From: Candidatus Krumholzibacteriia bacterium
GTDB lineage: Bacteria > Krumholzibacteriota > Krumholzibacteriia > LZORAL124-64-63
Direction: 5' to 3'
Length of the DNA stretch: 32,823 bases
Assembly: GCA_014859985.1 (NCBI GenBank)
Contig: JACZKN010000074.1
Coordinates: 1-32,823, forward strand
Positions 20,697 through 28,706 of this stretch are shown piece by piece (the stretch's first letter is position 1; the number at the start of each line of letters is the position of its first letter). Under the pieces are notes generated by a model. That model was not told the origin of the DNA and made no database searches. It saw only the letters and a list, made by a program, of their open reading frames with translations. Both the position numbers and the translations under genes were made by a program.

Positions 20697-21575
20697 ATGA
20701 AGATCTTCAATCTTGTGCTCGTGCTGCTGGTCGCCGCGTGCGTTGCGCCGGCGGCTGACGGGATCGACTACCCCAAGGCGGAAGGGATCATCGGCATCGA
20801 CGCGGGCGGCAGCGCATCGTGGCTCGCCGTCAGGGTCGACGTGCCGGAGGGCATGGCTCTCGCGGGATTCGCCTGGTACAACAACGATGATGCGACGGAA
20901 TTCCCCGGCGTGTATCTAGGCACGGGCTACGACCGGGGGCCGGCCCCGATGGACGAAGCCCTGGCGGTCGGCGGCTTCTTCGGCGGTGCGGCGGACTCCT
21001 GGTCGCAGCTCGAATTCGCCCAGCCGGTCGCGGCCAGCCTGGGCAACCTGTTCGTCATCTTCGCGTTCCCCGCGGGCCCGGTCTACACCGACCGTGGCAG
21101 CGGCGGCGGGCCGGGGGTGGGCTACGTGGCCGGCGACAAAGGCAGCCGCGGCTGGATCAGCGGCGACGGGGAGTCGTGGCTGGCATTGTCCGCCGGGTAC
21201 GGCTTCGCGGTGCTACCGCGGTTCGTCGCGGCGGACGGTGCCGTTCTCGCTAAGGCGCTACGCATCGGCGGCGCTCCTGCCGGTGGGGCGCCACAGATCC
21301 TCAAGGATTTCTTGCAAGCCGCACCAAATCCGTTTAACCCGCAGACAAGGATCACCTACGGCTTGAAGACGGGCCGGGACGTCAAGGTGGAGGTCTTCGA
21401 TCTGCGCGGCCGGCTCGTCAAGCGCTTGTTTGGCGGCATCCAGGAGGCCGGCGAGCATGAGGCGGTCTGGCGGGGCGAAGACGCCGGTGGTCGCCGGGTG
21501 GCAAGCGGGGTCTACCTCGTCCGGATGCACGGTAGCGACATCGCCTTGACACGCCGCGTCATTCTGTTGAAGTGA
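20697..21575 (+). CDS. Secreted protein with C-terminal FlgD-Ig / T9SS type-A-like CTD
   Basis: Signal peptide MKIFNLVLVLLVAACVAPAA; PNPFNPQTRITY...VFDLRGRLVK...W.G.D..GRRVASGVYLVR; SD AGGAGG. Confidence 0.85.
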   Translation: MKIFNLVLVLLVAACVAPAADGIDYPKAEGIIGIDAGGSASWLAVRVDVPEGMALAGFAWYNNDDATEFPGVYLGTGYDRGPAPMDEALAVGGFFGGAADSWSQLEFAQPVAASLGNLFVIFAFPAGPVYTDRGSGGGPGVGYVAGDKGSRGWISGDGESWLALSAGYGFAVLPRFVAADGAVLAKALRIGGAPAGGAPQILKDFLQAAPNPFNPQTRITYGLKTGRDVKVEVFDLRGRLVKRLFGGIQEAGEHEAVWRGEDAGGRRVASGVYLVRMHGSDIALTRRVILLK

Positions 21576-21592
21576 AGAATGAGGAAACGATC

Positions 21593-22834
21593 ATGAACTG
21601 CCGCCTGCATACCATGCTCCGCATTGCCTTGGCCTTGGCCGCCGCCGTCGCAACGGCCGGGCCGGCCGAGGCGCGAACATGGCAAGTGGCCAAGTCGGGG
21701 GAGAGGGACTTCGCGGTGATCCAGGACGCTGTGGATGCGGCCGCGTCCGGGGACACGATCATGATCGGTCCGGGGCGGTACGAGGAGTTCACTTGGATAA
21801 CGCTGGGGAACTTCTTGGTCTACGTTGAAGGTCGCGACAAAGACATGACGATCATCGGGGCGGGCATCGACGAGACGATCATAGGGCACGAGAACCCTCC
21901 GTTTCCGGATAATGTCGGGACGACTGGGATCATATGGCGAGGTTCCGGTGTCGCGTTGTCAGTCCGCGGTCTTACGTTGGATAACCTCCAGGCAGCAAAC
22001 GGCTTCTTCTACGATGGGAGGCGATTGGAGATTGATGACTTCGCGGTCAGAAATTGCTATGTGGGAATCAATCTCGTAGCCCGCGAAGGCGGATGGATCC
22101 GCAACTGCGAGTTCGAGACGGTCGGGTACGACAGCACCGATCTGACGATTACAGCGCAATCCGTGATCGTATACGAGCCCACGGTCGATTTCGTTATAGA
22201 ACAATGCACGTTTGTGGACTGCGGCATTGGTGTGGGGGCCTATTGGGACTTCACGGACAATATTGCTGTGCAATACTGCAGCTTTCGTGGGGGCAAGGGT
22301 GGGGTCGACTTCAACAGCGGCGCCTCCGGGACGATCCGCCATTGTACATTTTTCTCGCAATACCAGTACGGCATCGTCGGCAGCTTCAACGACGGCGCCA
22401 CCCTCGTGATCGAAGACAACACCATCGTGGCCGACCATCCCGCCGGCAAGGCCTACGGCTTCAGCCTCTATTGGCCCCGGGGCACCTACACCCTTCGCCG
22501 CAACACGATCACCGCCGCCAACGGTAACGCCTGCATCTGGGTCACCGTCCCAAACGCCGTCTTCGACGCCCGCGACAACCACTTCCTGCGGGCCGACACG
22601 ACCTCGTTCCTGGCCAAAGGCTTCGCCAATCCGAATGCCCCCGGCGCCCCGTTCACCATCGACGCGACGGGCAACTGGTGGGGGACGACGGACCCGGCCG
22701 AAATCGCCGCGGGCATCCTCGACCTGCAGGACGACCCGGCCCTGGACTACCGGATCGTGTTCGAGCCGTTCCTGGGCGGGCCGGTGCCGGTCCGGAACCG
22801 CAGTTTGGGGGGCGTGAAGGCGCTGTTCCGGTAG
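21593..22834 (+). CDS. Secreted right-handed beta-helix (pectin lyase-like fold) protein with short C-terminal SLGGVKALFR tail
   Basis: Signal peptide ending AEA; IQDAVDAAASGDTIMIGPGRYEE cap; IRNCEF/IEQCTF/IRHCTF/IEDNTI repeats; IDATGNWWGT; ATG 21593 after GAGGA (alternative GTG 21572). Confidence 0.85.
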   Translation: MNCRLHTMLRIALALAAAVATAGPAEARTWQVAKSGERDFAVIQDAVDAAASGDTIMIGPGRYEEFTWITLGNFLVYVEGRDKDMTIIGAGIDETIIGHENPPFPDNVGTTGIIWRGSGVALSVRGLTLDNLQAANGFFYDGRRLEIDDFAVRNCYVGINLVAREGGWIRNCEFETVGYDSTDLTITAQSVIVYEPTVDFVIEQCTFVDCGIGVGAYWDFTDNIAVQYCSFRGGKGGVDFNSGASGTIRHCTFFSQYQYGIVGSFNDGATLVIEDNTIVADHPAGKAYGFSLYWPRGTYTLRRNTITAANGNACIWVTVPNAVFDARDNHFLRADTTSFLAKGFANPNAPGAPFTIDATGNWWGTTDPAEIAAGILDLQDDPALDYRIVFEPFLGGPVPVRNRSLGGVKALFR

Positions 22835-22865
22835 TAGCGGCCTCCGCGGCCACCCCACACTCCGC

Positions 22866-22894
22866 TTGCCCCACCCGCACCCATCGCCTACCTT
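22866..22894 (+). promoter_or_regulatory. Putative sigma70 promoter upstream of fabH
   Basis: TTGCCC, 17-nt spacer, TACCTT. Confidence 0.4.
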
Positions 22895-22989
22895 GAACGC
22901 CAACCCCATCCCGGCGGCGACGCCCGGCCGCGACGCCCCTAGCCGTCCCCGCCGGGGCCGGCCCGACCATTGCTCCGGAGGACGGATCC

Positions 22990-24000
22990 ATGCCCGCAAG
23001 GACGCTGCTCACCGCCGGCATCACCGGTGTGGGGATGAGCTTCCCCGAACGCCGCCTGACCAACGCCGAGCTGGAGACGATGGTTGACACCAAGGACGAC
23101 TGGATCGTCGAGCGCACCGGCATCCGGGAGCGGCGCCTGGTGGAGCGGGGCGTGGGCGCGTCGTTCCACGGCGCCAAGGCGGCCGAGCAGGCGCTCGAGC
23201 ACGCGGGGCTCAAGGCGACCGACATCGACCTGATCATCGTGCCCACGGTGACGCCGGACATGCTGTTCCCGGCCACGGCCTGCCTGATCCAGCACATGAT
23301 CGGTGCCGACAAGGCCTGGGGCTACGACATGGAGGCCGCCTGCAGCGGCTTCGTCTTCGCCCTGCAGAACGCCCGCGCCCAGGTCGAGAGCGGCTTCGCC
23401 CGCCGCGTGCTGGTGATCGGCACCGAGGTCATGTCCGCCATCACCGACTACACCGACCGCAACACCTGCATCCTCTTCGGCGACGGCGCCGGCGCGGTGG
23501 TGGTCGAGGCCGTCGACCCCGCCCGCGTGGGCATCATCGACGCCATCCTGCGCGTCGACGGCTCGGGCGCCGACCTGCTGAAGATGGACGGCGGCGGCAG
23601 CCGCATGCCCCCGACCGCCGAGAGCGTGGCCGCCAAGGCCCACTACATCTTCCAGGAGGGCCGCGAGGTCTACAAGTTCGCGGTCAAGGGCATGGCCAAC
23701 ATCACCGCCGAGATCGTGCAGAAGAACGGCTTCACCGGCCCGGACGTGGACCTCTTCGTGCCCCACCAGGCCAACCTGCGCATCATCGAGGCGGCCCAGC
23801 GGCGGGTCGGCCTGGAGGACCGCCAGGTGGGCATCACCATCGACCGCTTCGGCAACACCACCAGCGCCAGCATCCCTTCCTGCCTGCGCGTGGCCCTCGA
23901 GGAGGGCCGGCTCCAGGAGGGCAGCCTGGTGGTCGCGACCAGCTTCGGGGCGGGCTTCACCTGGGGCTCGGTGCTCCTGCGCTGGAACGCGCCGCTGTGA
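22990..24000 (+). CDS. fabH: Beta-ketoacyl-ACP synthase III
   Basis: WIVERTGIRERR; catalytic triad motifs AACSGF, VPHQAN, FGNTTSAS; FGAGFTWG. Confidence 0.95.
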   Translation: MPARTLLTAGITGVGMSFPERRLTNAELETMVDTKDDWIVERTGIRERRLVERGVGASFHGAKAAEQALEHAGLKATDIDLIIVPTVTPDMLFPATACLIQHMIGADKAWGYDMEAACSGFVFALQNARAQVESGFARRVLVIGTEVMSAITDYTDRNTCILFGDGAGAVVVEAVDPARVGIIDAILRVDGSGADLLKMDGGGSRMPPTAESVAAKAHYIFQEGREVYKFAVKGMANITAEIVQKNGFTGPDVDLFVPHQANLRIIEAAQRRVGLEDRQVGITIDRFGNTTSASIPSCLRVALEEGRLQEGSLVVATSFGAGFTWGSVLLRWNAPL

Positions 24001-24022
24001 CCCCGGCCGGCGGCGGAGCCTT

Positions 24023-24991
24023 ATGATCGAAGTCAAGGGACTGACGCGGCGCTACGGCTCGACCCTGGCCCTGGACGACGTCAGCTTCGACGTCGCCGCG
24101 GGCGAGATCGTCGGCTTCCTGGGCCCCAACGGCGCCGGCAAGTCGACCACCATGAAGATCCTCACCGGCTCCCTGGCGCCCACCTCCGGCAGCGCCCGCG
24201 TGGCCGGCCACGACCTGGCGAGCGAGCCGCTGGCGGTGCGCCGCAAGGTGGGCTTCATGCCCGAACACGTGGCCCTGTACGGCGACATGGGGGTGGCCGA
24301 GCTGCTGCGCTTCGTGGCCGAGCTCAAGGGCACGCCCGCGGCCCTGCAGGCCGGCCAGGTGGCCCAGCTGCTGGACCGGACGGGCCTGTCGGACGTGCGC
24401 CACCGCCTGGTCGGCACCCTCAGCCACGGCTACCGCAAGCGCGTGGGCCTGGCCCAGGCCCTGATCGGCGAACCCGAGGTGCTGGTGCTGGACGAGCCCA
24501 CCAGCGGCCTGGACCCTCACCAGATCGTCGAGATCCGCGAGCTGATCCGTTCCTTCCGCGGCACCCGCACGGTGCTCTTCTCCAGCCACATCCTGAGCGA
24601 GGTGGCGGCCATCTGCGAGCGGGTGCTGATCCTGGACAAGGGGCGCCTGGTGACCGGTGAGGTGGCCGCGGGCCTGGCCCAGGACGCCCCCGCGGCGTCC
24701 CGCAACACGGTCGTGCTCTCCTGGGACGGCGACCGCGAGGCCGTGACCCGGGCCCTGGCCCTGGTCACGGGGGTCGACAACGTGATCGTCACCGACCAGG
24801 GCGCCGAGGTGCTGATCGCCGGCAACCCGGTGGAGATCCGCCCCAGGCTGGTCGAATCGGTGCTGGCTGCCGGCGGCCGCCTGCAGGGCCTGCAGGACAA
24901 GGGGCCCAGCCTGGAGGACCTCTTCCTGCGGCTGACCGGCGCCGGGCGTGACGCGGACGGCGCGGACGGCGCCGAGGAGGCCCGGCCATGA
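24023..24991 (+). CDS. ABC transporter ATP-binding protein, GldA-like
   Basis: GPNGAGKST, LSHGYRKRVGLAQA, VLDEPTSGLDP, SSHILSEV, C-terminal SLEDLFL. Confidence 0.92.
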   Translation: MIEVKGLTRRYGSTLALDDVSFDVAAGEIVGFLGPNGAGKSTTMKILTGSLAPTSGSARVAGHDLASEPLAVRRKVGFMPEHVALYGDMGVAELLRFVAELKGTPAALQAGQVAQLLDRTGLSDVRHRLVGTLSHGYRKRVGLAQALIGEPEVLVLDEPTSGLDPHQIVEIRELIRSFRGTRTVLFSSHILSEVAAICERVLILDKGRLVTGEVAAGLAQDAPAASRNTVVLSWDGDREAVTRALALVTGVDNVIVTDQGAEVLIAGNPVEIRPRLVESVLAAGGRLQGLQDKGPSLEDLFLRLTGAGRDADGADGAEEARP

Positions 24992-27177
24992 GGCAGCTGC
25001 GGGCCATCCTGGGCCGCGAGGTCGGCTCCTTCTTCCACGGCGCCGTCGGCCCGGTGGTGCTGGTGGGCTTCCTGGTGGGGGTGGGGCTCTTCTTCACCCT
25101 CTTCGTGCTGGGCTACAGCGAGATGTCCCTGACGGCCATGCAGTCGGCGCGCAGCGGCAACTACCTGAACCTGGCCGAGGGCCTGTTCCGGCCCATGGTC
25201 TCGAACATGACCCTGTTCCTGCTGCTGCTCTTGCCGGCGGTCACCATGCGCCTGTTCGCCCCCGACTACCGCTCCGGGCGCTGGGAACTGGTGGCCAGCT
25301 GGCCGGTGCCGGACCTGGTCTGGGTGCTGGGCAAGTGGCTGGCGGCGGTCGCCGTCGCGGCGGTCCTGATCCTCGGCTCGGGGGCCTACTTCGGCGCCGT
25401 CTGGCTGCTGGGAAGCCCGGAGCCCGGACCGCTGGTGGCCGCGTGGCTGGGCCTGCTGCTGTACGCCGGCTGCCTGGCCGCCTGGGGCGTGCTGGCCTCG
25501 ACCCTGGTCGGGCACCAGATCCTGGCCTACTTCTCGACCTTCGTCCTGGGCATCGTGCTGTTCCTGGTCGGGGCGCTGGAGCGCTTCCTGCCCGCGCCCT
25601 TCGGCGAGCTCTGCCGCCAGTTCTCCCTGCTGACCCACTTCGAGAAGTTCAGCCGCGGCGTGCTGGACAGCCGGGACATCGTCTGGTTCCTGGCCATGAC
25701 CGCCGTGCCGCTGGCCGCGGCGGCGGCGGTCCTGGCGGGCCGGCGCCAGACGGCCCAGCGGCGCCTGGGCCAGGCCGCGCCGGTGCTGCTGGTGGTCCTG
25801 GTCGCGCTGGTGGCCTACCTGGCGGCCCTGCGCCTGCCGCTGGTGGCCGACCTGACGGCCGACAAGCGCTACAGCCTGGCGCCGCAGACGGTGCAGATCC
25901 TCGAGTCCCTGCCCGACGGGCTGGCGGCCCTGCGGGCCGCGGCGGATTCCGCCGGCGCCGACACCCGGGACCTGGACCACGTCCAGGTCACCGCCTTCTA
26001 CCAGCGCCTGGACCCGGCCCGGGACCTGACCGAGGCCCTGCTGAAGGCCTGCACCCAGCACACCCGGGCCTTCCGCTACCGCATGGTGGACCCGGAGGAG
26101 GAGCTGGATCTGGTGCGCCAGTACGGCGTGAACGTCTCGCGCACCATCGTCGTCGCGGCCGCGGACCGCTGGACCAGCGTCCTGCAACCGGAGGAGGGCG
26201 GGCTCATCAACGCCGTCTACCGCCTGGTCTCGGGCCGCAGCACCCGGGTGCTGCACCTGCTGGGCCACGGCGAGCACCTGCCCGACAGCGACGACCTGGG
26301 TGGCTACTCCAGCTACGGGCAGCTGCTGTACGAGCAGGGCTACGACCTGCAGACTTTGCACCTGCCGGCGGCGGGCCGCGTGCCGCCGACGGCGGACGTG
26401 GTGGTGATCGCCGGCCCGCGCACCGAACCGGGCGACGAGGAACTGGCGGCGCTGGAGGAGCACCTGCGCCGGGGCGGCGCCGTGCTCGGCCTCTTCGACC
26501 CGCCGACCCCGGACCGCTGGCGCCGCTGGCTGGCGCGCTGGCGCGTGGAACTGACCGGCGACGTGATCGTGGCGGCGGACCGGGCGGCCAGCGAGTTCGG
26601 CGTGGGTGCGCGCACGGTGGTCGTCGGCGACGGCTACGGCGACCACACCGTCTCCCGCTCCCTGACGGGGGTGGCCACGGTCTTCCCCCTGGCCCAGCCC
26701 CTGGCCCTGGTGGGGGAGCCGGACAGCGTGGTCGCCGGCGCGGTGATCCTGCGCAGCAGCGAGCTGACCTGGGCCGAGCGCGACCCGGACACCCGCTTCA
26801 GCGGCCGCGCCCGCTACGACGCGGGGGTGGACGTGCCCGGGCCCCTGGATTTCGGCATGGTGCTGGAGCTGGCCCTCGATCCCGAGGGCGGGCGCCCCGG
26901 CCGCCTGGTGGTCGTCGGCAACTCGGAATTCCTGTCCAACGCCAACCTCAACCTGGGGGGCAACCGGGACCTGCTGCTGAACGCCCTGGGCTGGCTGGCC
27001 CGGGAGGAGACCCTGATCCAGCTGCGGGGGCGCGATCCGCTGAGCCAGCCCGTGGTGCTGGACGACACCTGGAAGAAGGTGCTGGGCTGGGGTTCGGTGC
27101 TGGGCTGGCCCCTGCTGGTGGGCAGCCTCGCCGTCGGCGTCATGCTGCGCCACCGCCGGGCAGGGGGTGCCGCATGA
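24988..27177 (+). CDS. Fused ABC-2 permease (GldF-like) + GldG-like auxiliary domain protein
   Basis: Multi-TM N-terminal part (PAVTMRLFA, VLGKWLA, HFEKFSRGVLD); DLTADKRYSL, GHGE, GRLVVVGNSEF, GNRDLLLNALGWL; C-terminal TM. Confidence 0.88.
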   Translation: MRQLRAILGREVGSFFHGAVGPVVLVGFLVGVGLFFTLFVLGYSEMSLTAMQSARSGNYLNLAEGLFRPMVSNMTLFLLLLLPAVTMRLFAPDYRSGRWELVASWPVPDLVWVLGKWLAAVAVAAVLILGSGAYFGAVWLLGSPEPGPLVAAWLGLLLYAGCLAAWGVLASTLVGHQILAYFSTFVLGIVLFLVGALERFLPAPFGELCRQFSLLTHFEKFSRGVLDSRDIVWFLAMTAVPLAAAAAVLAGRRQTAQRRLGQAAPVLLVVLVALVAYLAALRLPLVADLTADKRYSLAPQTVQILESLPDGLAALRAAADSAGADTRDLDHVQVTAFYQRLDPARDLTEALLKACTQHTRAFRYRMVDPEEELDLVRQYGVNVSRTIVVAAADRWTSVLQPEEGGLINAVYRLVSGRSTRVLHLLGHGEHLPDSDDLGGYSSYGQLLYEQGYDLQTLHLPAAGRVPPTADVVVIAGPRTEPGDEELAALEEHLRRGGAVLGLFDPPTPDRWRRWLARWRVELTGDVIVAADRAASEFGVGARTVVVGDGYGDHTVSRSLTGVATVFPLAQPLALVGEPDSVVAGAVILRSSELTWAERDPDTRFSGRARYDAGVDVPGPLDFGMVLELALDPEGGRPGRLVVVGNSEFLSNANLNLGGNRDLLLNALGWLAREETLIQLRGRDPLSQPVVLDDTWKKVLGWGSVLGWPLLVGSLAVGVMLRHRRAGGAA

Positions 27178-28688
27178 GCCGGGTGCGCCTGCTCCTGGTC
27201 CTCGGCGGCGTCCTGGCGGCGCTGGCCGTCGCGTTCTGGCTGCTGCGGGCCGACCGGGACACCGACCTGACCGCCGGCGGCCCCCTGCTGGCCACGGACC
27301 TGGGCACGGTCGAGCGCATCCAGCTGACGCTCAGCGGCGTGCCCACCGTGTTCGAGCGCCGGGAAGACTCCCTGTGGACCATGTCCGGGGCGGTGCACGA
27401 CTGGGTCGATCCCCTGCGCCTGTCCCAGCAGCTGGCGGTCCTGGGCGCGGCCGAAGGCGGGCGCCTTTTGCCGGGCACCGAGCCGGAAGACCGCCGCTAC
27501 GAGTTCAACGGGCCCCAGGCGGTGCGCCTGGTCCTGTTCGGGCCCGGCGGCAGCGAGGAGCGCCTGTCCCTGGGCGCCGCGAATCCGGTGACGGGCAACG
27601 TCTACGCCAGCGGGGCGGGACGGACCGCCTGCTTCCCCGTCCTGGCCGAGACCCGTGACCGCCTGGCCAGGCTGCCGGAGGCGGTGCGCCTGACCACGGT
27701 GCTGCCCCCGGTGCCGCTGACGGCGCTGGAGCGCATCACGGTCACCCGTGGCCGCCGCACCGAGGTCCTGGCGGCCGCAGGCGGCCGCTGGTGGCTGCTG
27801 GTGCCGGCCGCCGACCTGTCCGTCCTGCCGCCGTTGGCCCAGGACTGGCAGCGCCTGCACGACGACCGCCGGCGCCGCGACGACGAGGGCCTGTGGGTCC
27901 TGGCCGACGAACGCCGGGTCGGCCTGCTGGCCTACGAGGCGGGCCAGCTGCAGGTCAGCAGCTTCGTGCCGCCGGAACAGGCCGCCGACGCCCTCGACCA
28001 ATGGGAGCTGGACCCGGCCTGGCTGACGGTGGTGCTCGAGGGCCGCGGCATCGACCCCGACCCCACCACCGGCACGCCCGACCGGCTCGTGGTGGGCTTC
28101 GGCCCGCCCCTGGACGAGAAGACCGTGCCGGCGGTGCGCCGCGGCAACCCGCTGCTGGTGCCCCGGCAGGCCCTGGCCACCCTGGAGGCCCCGCCGGGGG
28201 ACCTGCTGCACCTGTTCGCCTTCACCGACCGGCCCCTGCTGGCGGACGAGGTGGAACTGGCCGCGGCCGGCGGCCCGCTGCTGCGGGCCCGCCGCGTCGA
28301 GCGGGAGGTCCGCCACGACGAGCGTGCGCAGTGGGATCAGCTGCTGCCCGAGCCGGGCCGCGACGAGGCGCGCGCCCACCTGACGGCCCGCAACTTCATC
28401 GTCGACCTGGACCGGCTGGCGGTGCTGGCGGTGCTGCCGCCGACGGATGCCAAGCGGGTGCTGCAGCCGGAGGGCCGGGTCACGGTGACCGTGCGCTGGG
28501 GCGATCCCGCCCGCAGCGAGGTCTGGCACTGCGGTCGCCTGGACCTGCCCAACGTGCCCGGCGGCCCCGAACGCCTGGTCCCCGGCGACGACGGCGAGGG
28601 GCCGGTCGGCTTCTGGCGCCCCGCCGACGGCCGGCTGCTGCAGGTGCCGTCCACGGTGCTGGTCACGGCGCGGAACCTGGCGCGCTGA
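27174..28688 (+). CDS. Membrane-anchored DUF4340-like protein (usual partner of GldAFG-like transporters)
   Basis: ATGA overlap with the upstream stop; N-terminal TM MSRVRLLLVLGGVLAALAVAFWLL; VERIQLT/LERITVT repeated modules; gene context. Confidence 0.7.
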   Translation: MSRVRLLLVLGGVLAALAVAFWLLRADRDTDLTAGGPLLATDLGTVERIQLTLSGVPTVFERREDSLWTMSGAVHDWVDPLRLSQQLAVLGAAEGGRLLPGTEPEDRRYEFNGPQAVRLVLFGPGGSEERLSLGAANPVTGNVYASGAGRTACFPVLAETRDRLARLPEAVRLTTVLPPVPLTALERITVTRGRRTEVLAAAGGRWWLLVPAADLSVLPPLAQDWQRLHDDRRRRDDEGLWVLADERRVGLLAYEAGQLQVSSFVPPEQAADALDQWELDPAWLTVVLEGRGIDPDPTTGTPDRLVVGFGPPLDEKTVPAVRRGNPLLVPRQALATLEAPPGDLLHLFAFTDRPLLADEVELAAAGGPLLRARRVEREVRHDERAQWDQLLPEPGRDEARAHLTARNFIVDLDRLAVLAVLPPTDAKRVLQPEGRVTVTVRWGDPARSEVWHCGRLDLPNVPGGPERLVPGDDGEGPVGFWRPADGRLLQVPSTVLVTARNLAR

Positions 28689-28706
28689 GCCGGCTGGAGG
28701 GGGCGG

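Noticed and set aside
16240-22840. Prophage, integron or diversity-generating retroelement explanation for the accessory block
   Set aside because: No integrase, attC-like repeats, reverse transcriptase or TR/VR pair was seen in the window.
24948-28688. 1246-aa ORF in the track
   Set aside because: The first 742 codons are an off-frame, R/G/P/A-rich reading of the GldF/G-like gene. The real gene starts at ATG 27174.
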